Source of the DNA: Eledone cirrhosa
Lineage: Eukaryota
NCBI GenBank assembly: GCA_964016885.1
Contig: OZ024741.1
Span: 305,536,001-305,600,000 of the forward strand
Reading direction: 5' to 3'
DNA length: 64,000 nucleotides
Positions within the stretch are counted from its first letter, which is position 1, and every line of letters begins with the position of its first letter. The notes below the pieces were generated by a model. It saw only the letters and a program-made list of their open reading frames with translations, searched no databases and was not told where the DNA came from. Positions 50,096 through 62,944 of the stretch are shown piece after piece. A program made the translations under genes and the position numbers.

Positions 50096-51387
50096 TCTAA
50101 ATATATAAAACTGATGTTGTCTGTGTGTGTGTCTGCGTGTGTGTCCTCATTTTTGCAAAATCTATACAAATCTACATTTCTACTCCGATTGACTTCAAAC
50201 TTGCATTTATATATTCCTTGCGGTCTAAAGATATTAACTGTAGCTTTTATTTTTCAATTTTCTGTTGTTAAAGGGGTGTTAGGCGCCGGTTATCCATCTC
50301 CATCGCGCTCTTATAATTGTTTCTACTTTAGGCACAAGGCCAGCAATTACCCAGTGCATTACTGGTACTTTATTTTATCGATCCCGTAAGGATGAAAGGC
50401 AAAGTCAACCTCGGCGGGATTTGAACTCGCGCTCTTATAATATCTGTCTGTATGCCTGACTGTCTGCATTACGACATTCTGACGAACATTGATGATGTAT
50501 TATGTTTGCTATTTTCCGTTCATTGCCAGGGAACGTCTTCACGAACCAAAGTATCGTCTTCCTGTTTTCCTTCGGCTGCAATGTTTTTCGAAATATTTAC
50601 TTCTGCGTTCGCAGATTGATGTTTTTAGTTTCAGAAGATCCCGTTAAGGGTGAAAGCAACGATTCTTTGTTTAAACTTTAATTTGTTATTTTAATCTATA
50701 TATGTATATATATAAAACTGAGGAAGGATGTATGTATGTATGTGTGTATGTGTGTATGTGTGTATGTGTGTTTGTGTGTGTGCGTGCGCGCGCGCGCGTG
50801 TGTGTGTGTGTGTGTGTGAAACCCGAGAAGTACCCAACCGATCTTTTTTAAACTTTACATGTGTATTACTTATATTTCAGGGAGTGTTATGCACATAAAA
50901 AAATTCAACTTTTTGATCCCTAGGTGAAAAACTGCGTTTTTTCCAGCTTTTTAGGGTTTTTTTAGGCGTTACATCAGACTGATTTCCTTGAAATTGTAAC
51001 TATATATTAGTCAGTCTCTTCTTCATACCGTGAGCAAAAAAAAATCCAAATTTTTTATGGCCTAGGGCCTGCATTAGGTGAAAAACTTCATTTTTTCAGC
51101 TTTTTAGGGCTTTTTTGAGGCGTTACGGCTAGCCGATTTTCCCGAAATTTCAAGGCATATTATGCACATAAAAAATTTCATTTTCTTGATCCCCTAGGGC
51201 CCGCATTAGGTGAAAACCTGCCTTTTTCCTGCTTCATCGAGGAAAATATTAGATTATCCAGCCATCAGAGTATTCGGTTTATTTTCTTTACATATTGTCC
51301 AGGCATGCAGTTTTTCCACGAGTAGGTCTGTTGGCGGCCCGCGTTCCAAAATACCTTATCCTGTGCAACGCCGGGTACCACTGCTAG
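50096..51387 (+). mobile_element. Composite non-autonomous Helitron (two 5' ends, at 50096 and 50695; one 3' end)
   Basis: A|TCTAAATATATAAAACTGATG and A|TCTATATATGTATATATATAAAACTGAGG; 3' end GTGCAACGCCGGGTACCACTGCTAG|T; homologous to 1144-2051. Confidence 0.7.
50318..50426 (-). mobile_element. 5'-truncated family A SINE with a 15-bp TSD
   Basis: TSD TCGCGCTCTTATAAT at 50303-50317 and 50427-50441. Confidence 0.85.
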
Positions 51388-51897
51388 TATATATATATAA
51401 TGATATATACGTAAAATAGAACATATCAACTTTAACAGGATCTCACCGGTCGCAGTCTTCAATTTGTCAAGCTTTCTAACGTATGTTATTACTCTAAGGT
51501 GACACTACCTCATCGAGTGCTTTGCTGCACATTCCTGATTACATATCGTTAGCTTGGTCATAGCCAGAGCTTCGATTTTACTGAACTTCCATTTGTATAC
51601 ATATATATAAACTGAAGTTAATAATGCACACCTACCAATTTCATCCCATCGGCACATACACAACATGAAGGACTAGCGTCCGAAACGTTATATACATTTA
51701 ATATATCTTAGATTTTCTAGTATATGGTGTTTTGTGCATATGTGTATATTGTTTAATTAATTACGTCGCCGGTGAATGCACATTATGCAAATCAGAAAGG
51801 CGAACTTCTAAATTCCTGTCATCCGTGTACGAAGAGATTAACAGAATGTTTTTACTTTGCATTTGTTTACGGTTTTACATCAAAGTTTAAAGGCTGT

Positions 51898-51980
<83 letters not shown>

Positions 51981-52142
51981 TCTGCGGTGCTGAGAAAGGG
52001 GAGATCACAAATCAGGGGAGTACTCTATGCATGGGAAGAAGCAGAGTGGGTATAAAGGAAGGTAATCCCCCCTCTCTCTCTATATGTATATGCAAAAACA
52101 CGTACATGCACACGCACACATATGCACACATACATACATATA

Positions 52143-52570
52143 TCTTCTTGGTTGTCCATCGTAAACGATGATGCCATCTTCTTTATTTTAGTTCCCGTCT
52201 GCCGTGAGCACGAAGGTGGCTGTGGAGGCCGATCCTTGACTTGCAGGTCCGGGGACAGTGGAGGCAAGGGAAGAGACCGGAGTCGCTTGGGGCAGCTGCT
52301 GATGCCTTTCTCCTTCTTTCACGGGCCTCAGTGACCTCTGCCCGTCTCTTCTCTTCAAAAGAGTCTTTGGCGCGTCTGGTAAGGGCTCGCCACTCAGTCC
52401 TGTCCTGAGCATGGGACTCGAGTTGTTTTGGGGCGATTCCAGTGTTGTTGATACTGGACTTCACGCAGTCTTTGAACGTCTTAAGAGGCCCGCCCCGCTT
52501 TCGTTTCCCCGAACAGAGTTCCCCATACATCAGTTGCTTTGGAAGCCTGTGATCGTCCATCCGGATGACA
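52143..52570 (-). pseudogene. RTE-BovB-like LINE 3' end with a C2H2 finger
   Basis: HVIRMDDHRLPKQLMYGEL...CLHCPRTCKSRIGLHSHLRAH. Confidence 0.85.
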
Positions 52571-52574
52571 TGTC

Positions 52575-52890
52575 ATACATATATACATACAATAAAAATA
52601 TGTAAAACATTCCAAAAATTCTGCATCTAATAACTGCATGTACACATGTACAGATACAAAACATATGCACATGCACAGATAAAACTCAAAACATACACGT
52701 CCACACATACAATAACATCCATACCTGCACACACATGCATGCATGCAGACATGCATACATATCTACCTAGTTAATGTTGTGTAAATCCCAATGAGAGAGT
52801 CTTGTATCTGTTAGAAACTGACCCTTTCTCCATTGGTAAACAATTATAAAATTATAAAACCAGAAGAACATACATACATACATACATACA
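52575..52890 (+). mobile_element. R4/Dong LINE 3' UTR with (TACA)n tail
   Basis: Reverse-complement homology to 42240-42510. Confidence 0.8.
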
Positions 52891-53444
52891 TATCCAAATA
52901 TGTGCATATGTACACGTACATGTATCTGTGTTGAATGTAGGTGTGTATGTACGTGTATAAATATCTATGTGTCATTAATATAAACCTATACGATAATTAT
53001 TTACTTTAAAAAAACTTGTCTAAGGTTAGCCTTTCACATTGTGTCGTTAATCTGTAGTATTATGCTGTCTCCTGAAATTTCCTCTCTTTGAGAATTGATT
53101 TCAGTTTAAATCGCTATAGTTTTCTCTAAAATATCGATTTCAATTTAAATCGCTATATTTTCTCGAAAAATTCGATTTCAATTTAAATCGCTATAGTTTT
53201 CTCTAAAAAACGGGAAAGTCAGATATATCTTTGGTTGCTGAAATTTGTAGTGGCTCTGCATCTTCACTTTCACCATCTCCATTTTCTGTCCTGCGTTAAT
53301 CCATGGCCTGGTCCTTGGATATTTCTTCATCATGTGTAAACTAATCTTTGAACATTATCCTTTCTAGTAATCCACACCTTTTTATTTGATTGCTATATCT
53401 AGGAGTAGGAGATTTAGAGTAGTATTTCATAGATCTTGATGAAA

Positions 53445-53760
53445 GAGCTTAGCTTAGTGGTTAGGGTGTTCGGCTCACGATCGTAAAGTCGTGAATTCAA
53501 TTCCCGGCAGTGCGTTGTGTCCTTGAGCAAGACATTTTATTTCACATTGCTCCAGTCCACTTAGCTGGCAAAAATGAGTTGTCCTTGTAATTCAAAGAGT
53601 CAGCATTGTCTCACACTGTGTCATACTAAATCTTCATGAGACCTACTTTAAGGGTGTATGTATCTGTGGAATACTCAGCCAAATGCATATTTAATTCACA
53701 AGCAAGCTGTTTGATTGATTGTACAATAGGGGCACGCATCGTCTGAACAGTTGGAGGGCC
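53445..53760 (+). mobile_element. tRNA-derived SINE (family B)
   Basis: GCTTAGTGGTTAGGGTGTTCGGCTCACGATCG...AATTCAATTCCCGG; GTCCTTGAGCAAGACA. Confidence 0.75.
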
Positions 53761-54454
53761 AACACAAATTAACTGTTAATCTCATCAATGAAGATCTTGT
53801 TTATTAAACAACAAAACATCTACTACTACAACAACAACAACAACAACAACAACAACTAATACATCAACAACAACAACTACTACTACTACATAGAAACTAC
53901 GAAGATCTCGGAATGAAAGCGTTATACATTATCAGTGTATCCTTATCTGTAAAATACAGAATTATAAACAACTAATTAAAGGAACAGATTTTCTTTTTCG
54001 GGCTGTTATCTCCATCTGTTTTATTTTTAAAGTTCTATACTCTCGAGGTGAAGCTTCAATGATGAACAAATTCTTCCGGACTAACCCCACTCCATCCCCA
54101 CGCTCTCTCTCATATTCTTTCCTTGATTTTTACGGTGTTCCGGTATTCCCACAAGTCGAATGTCTTCATGCGTTCTGCAAAGGTAGTATTAGTAGTGTAC
54201 TGGAATAAAGTCATTTGGTGGATGATTGGTGTTATTGAACCATAGCATTAATGATAAAATCCAGGCCATCGAGTTCATGGTACTGTTTCGATTTCTAAGT
54301 GGAACTTCTTCGCTTATTTCCATTACTATTTCTATTGGAAAAGGCATGAACGCTACAATGCCCTTTTTTGTTACCTAAAATATAGTGCATTTCTACTTAA
54401 GAACGACAGTTAAAGGGGACGGAGATATAAATAATAATAATAATAATAATAATA

Positions 54455-55195
54455 ATAATTGTTTCTACTTTAGGCACAAGGCCAGCAATCACCCAGTACA
54501 TTACTGGTACTTTATTTTATCGACCCCGTAAGGATGAAAGGTAAAGTTAACCACGGCGCGATTTGAACTCAGACTGTAAAGGGACGTAATTATGCTAGAA
54601 AGCATGGCGTCCAACCCTCTACCGATACTGCCAATTCACCGATAATAATAATAAATAGAAAGGAGCTGATCGTCTGAAGCAGATCGAATGAAGGAGACGG
54701 TGTTTCCATTCGTTTTTCCACTGCTAACAGAAGGCAGGGTTTGAACTGAGAACGTACAGAGCCGGATCAGATACCGCAAAGCATTCCGTCTGATTCTTCA
54801 GCAATTCCAACATTCCAGCATCTCTCGATAGGTATTTTATGTATCTATTCCGAATTAGGCGGTAAATTGGTAGAGTCGTTAGGATGTTGCGGTATTCATT
54901 CCAGCTCTCTGTGTTCTGAGTTCAGATCCCACCAAGGTCAACTTTGCCTTTCATCCATTCAGAGTTGATAAAAAAGTACCAGTGAAGTACTGGGGTTGAG
55001 TCTTCTTCTATATTTCTTTCTCTCACTATATGCCCTTCTCTGGAAGAAATCCGCTGAATTCAGACCAAGAGAGATGGGCTCTGCCAGGTTTAAAATGCCC
55101 CAGAAACGCCGTATGTCAATATGTGGCGTCCATATGACTCCCTCTGGAGTTACGGGGACCACACCAGAGCATACCATACCATGCTGTTCCTAAAT
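54455..55195. mobile_element. Cluster of family A SINEs (54455-54642 minus; 54858-55195 plus, long-tail variant)
   Basis: Shared B-box and GCCTTTCATCC core; long-tail variants also at about 57507-57760, 59690-59980 and 60668-60965. Confidence 0.7.
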
Positions 55196-56189
55196 TATGA
55201 AAAGCACAGTTAACCTCGGCGGGCCTTGAACACAGAGCCCTAATGACTCTGCTAATTTTCCGCCTACATAAACAAAAAACAAACCTGATAAATAAAGATA
55301 TAAATAATTAACCTTTCCTTTATTTCACAATCTCCACCTAAAATACAATCTTTACGATAATCTTTAAAATATAAAATAAACGGTAAAATGTAAAGAAAAG
55401 AACGAAATCAATACATTTACAGAGCCGTGGCTATTACATCTTTAATCATTCACTTTAAAATGTTCACCAGTAACTACTTTCTTTGATATATTGGGCGCAA
55501 AATATTTCCTTTTCGGTTTTCTACTAGCAAGTTTCCTTTCTGCAAGTTGTCTTTCTGCATGGTATTCAATGAAAATTTGAATAAATTATGACAATCACAA
55601 CCACATAAATGTAGAGAGAGACAAGTATTACACAATAACTGTGTTAACTGAAACTGACGTGGAACAGTTGAGCCATGGAATAATTTTCGAGGCCTGTTTA
55701 AAAAGTAACCAGTTTAAAAAGTAACCGATTTTTATTATTGTAATTCCTGTTTTCTGGAAGATGGCTAAATAGTCGGCTATTTGTACTCTTATCGTACTAT
55801 ACCGTGCTTGTTTTTGTTTGTTATTAAATTAGGTATTAGAAAGTGTCAAATACAATTTTCAATTCTTCCCGTCCGATGGGGAGATCTCCCACCCACTTTT
55901 GGGTGGGTGAGAAATGTCTTCTCTTTTGAAAATGGGTATAGCTTTCATTATGTAAAATCTCCTCCATTTTGCCTCATTTCTCCCCGTTTTGGAGCCCTTC
56001 TTTTCATGGTACTCCTCGTTTGGGTTTTTAGAGGTTGGCAGGTCTGATATTCATTCTTGATTTATCTTTGTTGCAATGATGTGTCTGTAAAATACTCAAA
56101 CTACATGTACGTTAATTCACGAGTTGAACGTTCCTTCAGTTGATCGAGCAACTGAACGGTCATCCTTCAAATTGACAGAGGATCCATCA

Positions 56190-57010
56190 TTGACGGGAAA
56201 AGGTACACTGCACCACTGCTGTCTGTGGATACAAAAAGGAAACAGAAAATTGTAATATTAAAAACCAAATTAGAAGTGCTACAAAGATTCTTATTTTTAT
56301 CAATAAAACATTACAAATTAACTCAAAACTATTTTTTTTTATCTTTAAATTAAATTTCATAATTGGATCTTGTTTTTATTCAACTTTAATCCAAAAAATA
56401 TATATAATATTTTAATAATAATAGGAAGTGACTTTTGGCCCAACCTGTAGATGTTGAAGGAACTCTATGAACAATCAACTACCAATAAAACCAGCGTAAT
56501 GGAAAATATGGAAAAGAAGTTTAAAGATATGGTAGGGCGACATACGGCAGCGTGACATTCCATATTCACTACTTGTGATACAAATGAAATCTTTAAGTTT
56601 GATGGTTTGATAAATTCAGGGCTCTATAGCCGAAAATGAAAACATTGTAGCAAGTTAGGGGTTGGGGTTTGGGTTGAGCGTTTCAAGAATAGATTAACAT
56701 TGCATAGCATAAGTTTGTAATTGCCGGGAAAGAAACTGCAGCTGTTGGTGCAGCTTTACTGAAAATTAACCAGCTTTACTGAAAATTATTCTTGACGAAG
56801 GAGGATATACATACTGCAGTAAATTTTAATGTAGGTGAGACAGGCGTGTTTTGTAAACGAATGCCAAAACTATAAAGAAAGAAAAGAAATTCATCGGGAT
56901 TCAAGGTATCTAAAGAACGTATGACTCCTCTACTTTGTGGTAATGCTTCAGGAGATCTGAATCGCATGCCACTATCTGTTTATCATAATGCAGCTTCAAG
57001 AGCTATGCGT
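56190..57010 (+). pseudogene. Tigger/pogo (CENP-B HTH + DDE_1) transposase remnant
   Basis: KLEVLQ; WVERFKNR; FNVGETGVFCKRMP; GFKVSKERMTPLLCGNASGD. Confidence 0.75.
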
Positions 57011-57769
57011 TGCACCTTCACCGGTTCAGACGATTAGTATTCCAGTTGTTCGAAAAACAGAGCAACCTACTCGTGAAAATGGCTGAGCATTTCGCACGCA
57101 CAAGTGAACCCTTAATGTAGTTCTCAGTGTGACACAATGAATGACAAGACTGGTCCTTTGAATTAGAGGTACTATTCATTTTTGCCAGCTGAGTGAACTG
57201 GAGCAACATGAAATAAAGTGTCTTGACCGACGATCGATTAGATTGAACTCCAGTACGTGATTGGTACTTTATTTTATCGAACTTGGAAGAATAAAAGGCA
57301 AAATTGAAATTCGTGGGATTTGAACTCAAGGCTGGAATAAATCTACCTATTCGCGGCCTTTGACACAAACCACCATGTTAAAAATATCATCACAACTCGA
57401 AATAAGTCGAGCCAAAACAGTTCTCATAAGTGTTCATTGACTTTAATGAAGCAAAATATTTAAAGAAGATATATTCTTTTAGTTGACCATACATAAAAGT
57501 AAACACGGCGAATTGGCAGAGTCGTTAGAATGTGGGATAAATTGCTTTACGGTATTCGTTCCGGCGCTCCGATTCAAATTACGCTGAGGTTAACTTTGCC
57601 TTTCATCCTTTCGAGGTCGATAAAAAAGTACCAGTCCAATACTGAGGGCAATTCTTTCTTTTTCTGTCTGGAAGAAATCGGCTGTCTTCTGATTGGAGAG
57701 GGAATGGGCTTCGTCACGTTTAAATGCCCAAGCATATCACGACGGTGCTTCTACGGGTCTATATATTTC

Positions 57770-58160
57770 TCCCTGAAGTATATAAAGCAAAATTGATCTC
57801 AGCGGCCGAAATGGGGTTCCTCCGAAGGGTCTTTGGAGTAACGTTACTGGATAGAGTGCGTAGCTCGGAGCTCAGAGAATCCACTCCAGGTAGAGCCGCT
57901 ACTTCTCTGAATTGAGAGATCACATCTCCGATATTACGGACATGTGGTTAGAATGTCTCAGGAAAGAATCGCTGGACAGATTTTACGGGCAAAACAACCG
58001 GCAAGAGACCCAGGGGTAGACCCTGAGCAAGATGGCAGGATAACATCCATGAGCTTGGCTGGTCAGGCTTGGGGATCCAGTTGGAGATGGTTGCTTCTGA
58101 CAGGACCTGCTGGAAGGAATGTTTGAGGGTTTTGCCCCCCCCCCCCCCCAACAACAACAA
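57770..58160 (+). mobile_element. RTE LINE 3' end
   Basis: ISAAEMGFLRRVFGVTLLDRVRSSELRE...LRYYGHVVRM. Confidence 0.8.
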
Positions 58161-60357
58161 GAAATTGAAACACCGGTTTTATATGAGAGAACCCTTCTTC
58201 CTCGTCTCCTTTTCCTCCATTTTTGAGATGGCAGGGTAAGATTTAGGCTGCTATTTCTTGAAGGTTGAACCGCCATGTAGAATCTCCCTCGGTTTCTTAC
58301 TTGGGTTACAAGACTCCAGATATACACAAGAGAATGAGGTAACTGCAAATGTGAAAACTAGACATTTCTCGGGACATTTTCTAGCTGGATTTATACATAG
58401 GTTTTAATGAATTGACAGAGTTATTAGAGCGCCGGTATCTGCGCTCTCAGTTCAAATCTCGCCGAATGCAACTTTGAGTTTCAGCCTTTCAGGGTAGATA
58501 AAGTACCAATCTAGGGGTGTAGAATCGGTGGAATTGTTAATGAGTCGGACGGGATATTTTACGGCATCTGATCTCCCTTTGTGTATCCTGTCTCTTTCTG
58601 CGAGGAGTTCCGACCGGCAGATAGTATCATTGTTTCCTTGGTCCGATCTCACGATCGGTTCCTTTCCTTTTCCTCGAATGAAACAAATTGATTTTCACTA
58701 GGAAAAGAAACCCGTGAATTAGGTTCATTGCTAGCTCAACTATAGCATCAAGACACGTTTTTGATCGCCATTAAATTGCTACAGATAGAAATGCAACTTA
58801 CCAAGCCACCATCCTCCATCTATCTACCTGCGTATTGTGTATCGATCAAAACTTTCATCCGACTGCATTCTTCATGGTCCTTACTGACAGATACATACAT
58901 TTCCTGAACAAACAAACAGTCAACCGCTTCAAACATTGTATCCTAGAAACCGTTATGCATTTCGAGATTTTCCCGGTCATCATATTAATCATGACAACAG
59001 AATGAAATCGAGAAGACCAAAGTGAATAACGAGTAAGTAGACAGCCAGCAAAACCTTGCCATGTCATCTCAGCGGTAAATATCAGAGTCGGCAAGATTAT
59101 CGACATATGAAATAATGCAAATAATGAACTATTAATGCAGCTTATATAAATACAGCTTGCAAAGATTTTCTGCAACAACAAATCATTTGTGTTTGCATTA
59201 GATTCTGTTCGGAGCTTGTAGACTTGAAAATTGTTTGATGCCAATGTCAAGGATAATTATAATAGATGTCCTCGGCAAAACCCTACCGTCATGTGGTTTC
59301 GAGTTTAGATTAAAACTATTTTCTATTATTTACGTTATTCATCATTATCTTGTAACAACGTGTAGCCAGTCGTTGAGGCACCGCAGAAAGGTCGCAGTGA
59401 CCTGCTCAGTCCTTGGTGTTGTAGAACCATGGTTTTCTTTGTCTGCCTCTTCTTTACCGTCTTTTAACTGTACCCTGGTGAATGGTTTTTCACGGGGAGT
59501 TGTAGCGGGATATATGTCCGTACCAGGTGAGCTATCATCTTTTTACTGTGGTTCTTCCCTCCCTGTTGGTAAAGTAAAAGGTAAATGAATCTCTATCGGT
59601 TTCGACGATGATCGTTCCAGTTAACTCAACGGAACAACCTACTCTTGAATTTAATAGGCAAGTGCCTGAGCATTCCACAGATATTCAGATAGATTGCCCT
59701 TTATAGTATTCATTCCAGCTATCTGCCCTTTGAGTTCAAATCTCTTGGAGGTTAACTTCATCTTTCATCATTCTAAGATAGATAAATAGCTGGTCTAGTA
59801 CTGGTGTTGATCCCCCCGCTGTCTCTCTTTCTGGCTTTGCCTCACTCGCTCTTGCTCTCCTTCTCTCTGGAATTAGTCAGCTGTGTTCCCACCTGGAGAG
59901 GGATCAGCTTCCCCAGGCTTAAAATACCCAAGACGTGTTGTATCTCAGGACGGCACTCCTACGATACCACCTGGAGTCCATAGTCCATAGATAGACTCTT
60001 GATAGAGATAATAAATGCGCGAATTTAAAATATAGGAGAACATTTTCTTCAGATGTTCAAAATATATACTCTACATATAAAGGACATTTAAACAACAACA
60101 ACGCAAGAATGATGGCATCAGAATACTATTTCAACTCGAGAAAAGAATTGTTGAAAATTATCCAAAAGGGAAGCGTGTTTAACACTGTTGAAAAGATACA
60201 TCATTAATACTTCTGTATATGGTTGAGAAAGTAGTAAAAAAAGTGGGAAGGAGAGAGTGAGAAAGAAGCAAAGAGAGAGAGAATTTATTGGGGGTCATTG
60301 CATTTGAAGACTAACCAGTTAAGATTCTTAAAAATGTTAGACTAACATATTCAACCA

Positions 60358-60484
<127 letters not shown>

Positions 60485-61602
60485 AGAGAGAGAGAGAAAG
60501 AGAGAGAGAGATGAAACAGACAAATAAATAAATAAAAGAACATTCATTTTGATTTTAAGAAAGAGAAAATAAAATAAAGATAAACAAATTCTTTATAGCT
60601 AAGTTTATTTTTACATTTGAGATACCGGAAGTAAAGTATTTTAAACATAACATAAAGTATGTAAGACAGCGAATTGGCAGAGTCGTTAAAATGTCAGATA
60701 GAATGATTTGCGGTATTCGTTTCGGCCCTCTGTTCTCTGAGTTCAAATTCCGCTGAGGTTAACTTTGCCTTTCATCCGTTCGAGGTCGATAAAAAAGTAT
60801 CAGTCAAGTATTGGGGTTGATCCTCCCTCTATATCTCTTTCTAACTTCCATTCTCTATCCTTTTCTGGAATAAATCTGCTGTATTCAGACTTGGAGAAGA
60901 GATGGCCAAGTTTAAAAATGCCCTAGAAACACCGTATTGATATACGGCGCTCCTCGAGAGTTACGGGGAAAAGAAAAAGAATAGAGTATGTAGAATTACT
61001 TCGACTAAGTAAAATATGTATGTATATATGTAGTAGTTAGTCTAGTCTTTTGGGAAGTTCGTCCAATCATTGACGAAGTTAGTTGACTTCATCATAAACT
61101 ATGTCTGCTGTTTTTACTGCAATGAGTCATCACTTCTATTGCGACCAATTGAAACGACTAAAACAATGTGAAATAAAGTGTCATCATCAATGACACAACG
61201 CATCATCCGGCTCAGGAATTGAATTCACGACCTTTTAACAGTGTGACTAGCAACCCAAGCAGTAAGCCAGGCATCTATTATATCGTAAAAAAACTGATCG
61301 TAATTATTCTTTTATTCTTTTACTGTTTAAGAGATTTCCTTGATCATATCGACTACAGTACTTCTTTTAAAGACTGGCAATTATTTTATCGATTTCTTTT
61401 TGTTGAACGGCTATAAGCCAGCACAGAAACGGATGCCACACATTGCATATTACATCTATGAAATTTCACTCAAAGAACTGGTCAACCCGAAGCTAAAGTA
61501 GAAAATACTTGTCCGAGGCACCACGCTGTGGGACAAGACCCGAAACCACATAGTTGTGTAACGAACTCCTTCACAACACGACCATACCTAGGAACTATTA
61601 AA

Positions 61603-61960
61603 TAACTATTTTTCCAGCCTGTGGGGTTCGAGACGTTTGGTGGAACTGGACCACTGACAGCGAAGTTCTTGTCATCGTTGGCAGCTCATCTTACCAAGAT
61701 GTCAGGAGATGCCCATGAGGGTGCCTGGTTGTTTCAGCGCCTTAGCCCTCGCCATCACCCGCGGTAATGCTGCGAGCGTGTTGGCTTGCCTCAAAATGTT
61801 CTGTTGACCCTTGTGATGTGTTGTGCAACCGATTGTCGTACTTGGTGGTGAATTGATGGTTGTTTTTGTTTGTTTGTTCTTTTTTTTCCTTTTCTTTTTC
61901 CATCGCTTTGATCATACATTTTTGTGTATTATATTTGTGAGGTTCCTCACAACAATTAAT
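61603..61960 (+). mobile_element. CRE LINE 3' end
   Basis: ETFGGTGP...GAWLFQRL(S)LAITRGNAASVLA; 3'-UTR hairpin shared with 14140-14160. Confidence 0.75.
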
Positions 61961-62045
61961 TGATTTATTATATGTGTTTATATTTTCATTCTGTAAGAAT
62001 TATGAATAAAAGTAACCAGGACTAAATACATTAAATTATTTAATT

Positions 62046-62103
62046 GATTTACGAACGTTTCTATCAATACAGTAAAAAATTCAATACTGATTTCCTCAGA
62101 ATC
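62046..62103 (-). ncRNA. Type I hammerhead ribozyme
   Basis: Minus strand GATT-CTGAGGA-AATCAGTAT...GTATTGATA-GAAA-CGTTCG-TA|AATC. Confidence 0.7.
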
Positions 62104-62220
62104 TATCACGCAATATAAATAACATAATTACTTACCGGACATTTCCATTCCGAAAACGTTAAGAAATTTACTGATATTCATATTATATACATTATTGAGA
62201 AAGATTATATATATATATAT

Positions 62221-62468
62221 TTTCATTACCACTAAAAGGCGAGCCGTGGATTACAGAGTCGGGCAAGATCGATACAGATCGAACCTTGAGCTGATCGGTG
62301 GCGAAACGTGCGTCACCAACCAATAAACGTAACGAAGGAGTAACCACTCGTCCTTGTTTTATTTCATTATACTACACTGTCTCGCTCTACACCTCGATAC
62401 AGATGTGAACCTAAACATCGAGTACTCACCCGGGTGAACCTACAGTAACTCCGTGTTACACTCCCTGG
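62221..62468 (+). mobile_element. PLE-like 3' end inserted in (TA)n, with the 3' half of a hammerhead
   Basis: GGTGGC-GAAA-CGTGCG-TC|ACC near 62297-62317; CUGANGA absent (5'-truncated); TA repeats on both sides. Confidence 0.5.
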
Positions 62469-62529
62469 ATATATATATATAATCTTTCTCAATAGTATAT
62501 AATATGTATATCATTGAGAAAGATTATAT

Positions 62530-62925
62530 GTATATAACTGAATCAATCAGCTCAGAGACGCACTGGCCATATACCGAGAGGAATCAACAAAGTTTGATCT
62601 TCAGGTAAGCTGGGCGAAAACAGAGCTGATGCATGTCGGCAATGGCTCGGGTCTACCTCAGCTTCATATTGTCCCCGACGCCGTGGAGTTTGTCAGTTCC
62701 TTCATTTGAGCTTGACATTCAGCTGCAAAGGAGACTTGACCCCGGAGACCAACCACAGATATGGCCTGGCTGCCGGGGTCATGCACTCCCCATGGAAGCC
62801 CCTTTGGCACCATGGCTCAATCTCCCAGAATACGAAGCTCCGTATTTACAATGCATCGGTCCTCTCCGTTCTCCTCTATGAAGCAGAAACGTGGCTCCCC
62901 ACCAAGACCCTGGTAAAAAAGACAT
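62530..62925 (+). pseudogene. RTE LINE fragment
   Basis: GLQVSWAKT...TKLRIYNASVLSVLLYEAETW. Confidence 0.7.
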
Positions 62926-62944
62926 AGAAACATATATATATAAA

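Noticed and set aside
51655-51695. Hammerhead-like CATGAA-GGAC-tagc-GTCC-GAAA-CGTTA
   Set aside because: Stem II and GAAA fit, but the CUGANGA core and stem I are broken; at best a dead PLE remnant
53940-54380. Unique-looking segment after a minus-strand acceptor-like TTTTAG
   Set aside because: Only short frames with no recognisable domain
58855-59588. 131-aa and 117-aa ORFs in unique-looking DNA
   Set aside because: No motifs recognised; lengths are compatible with chance
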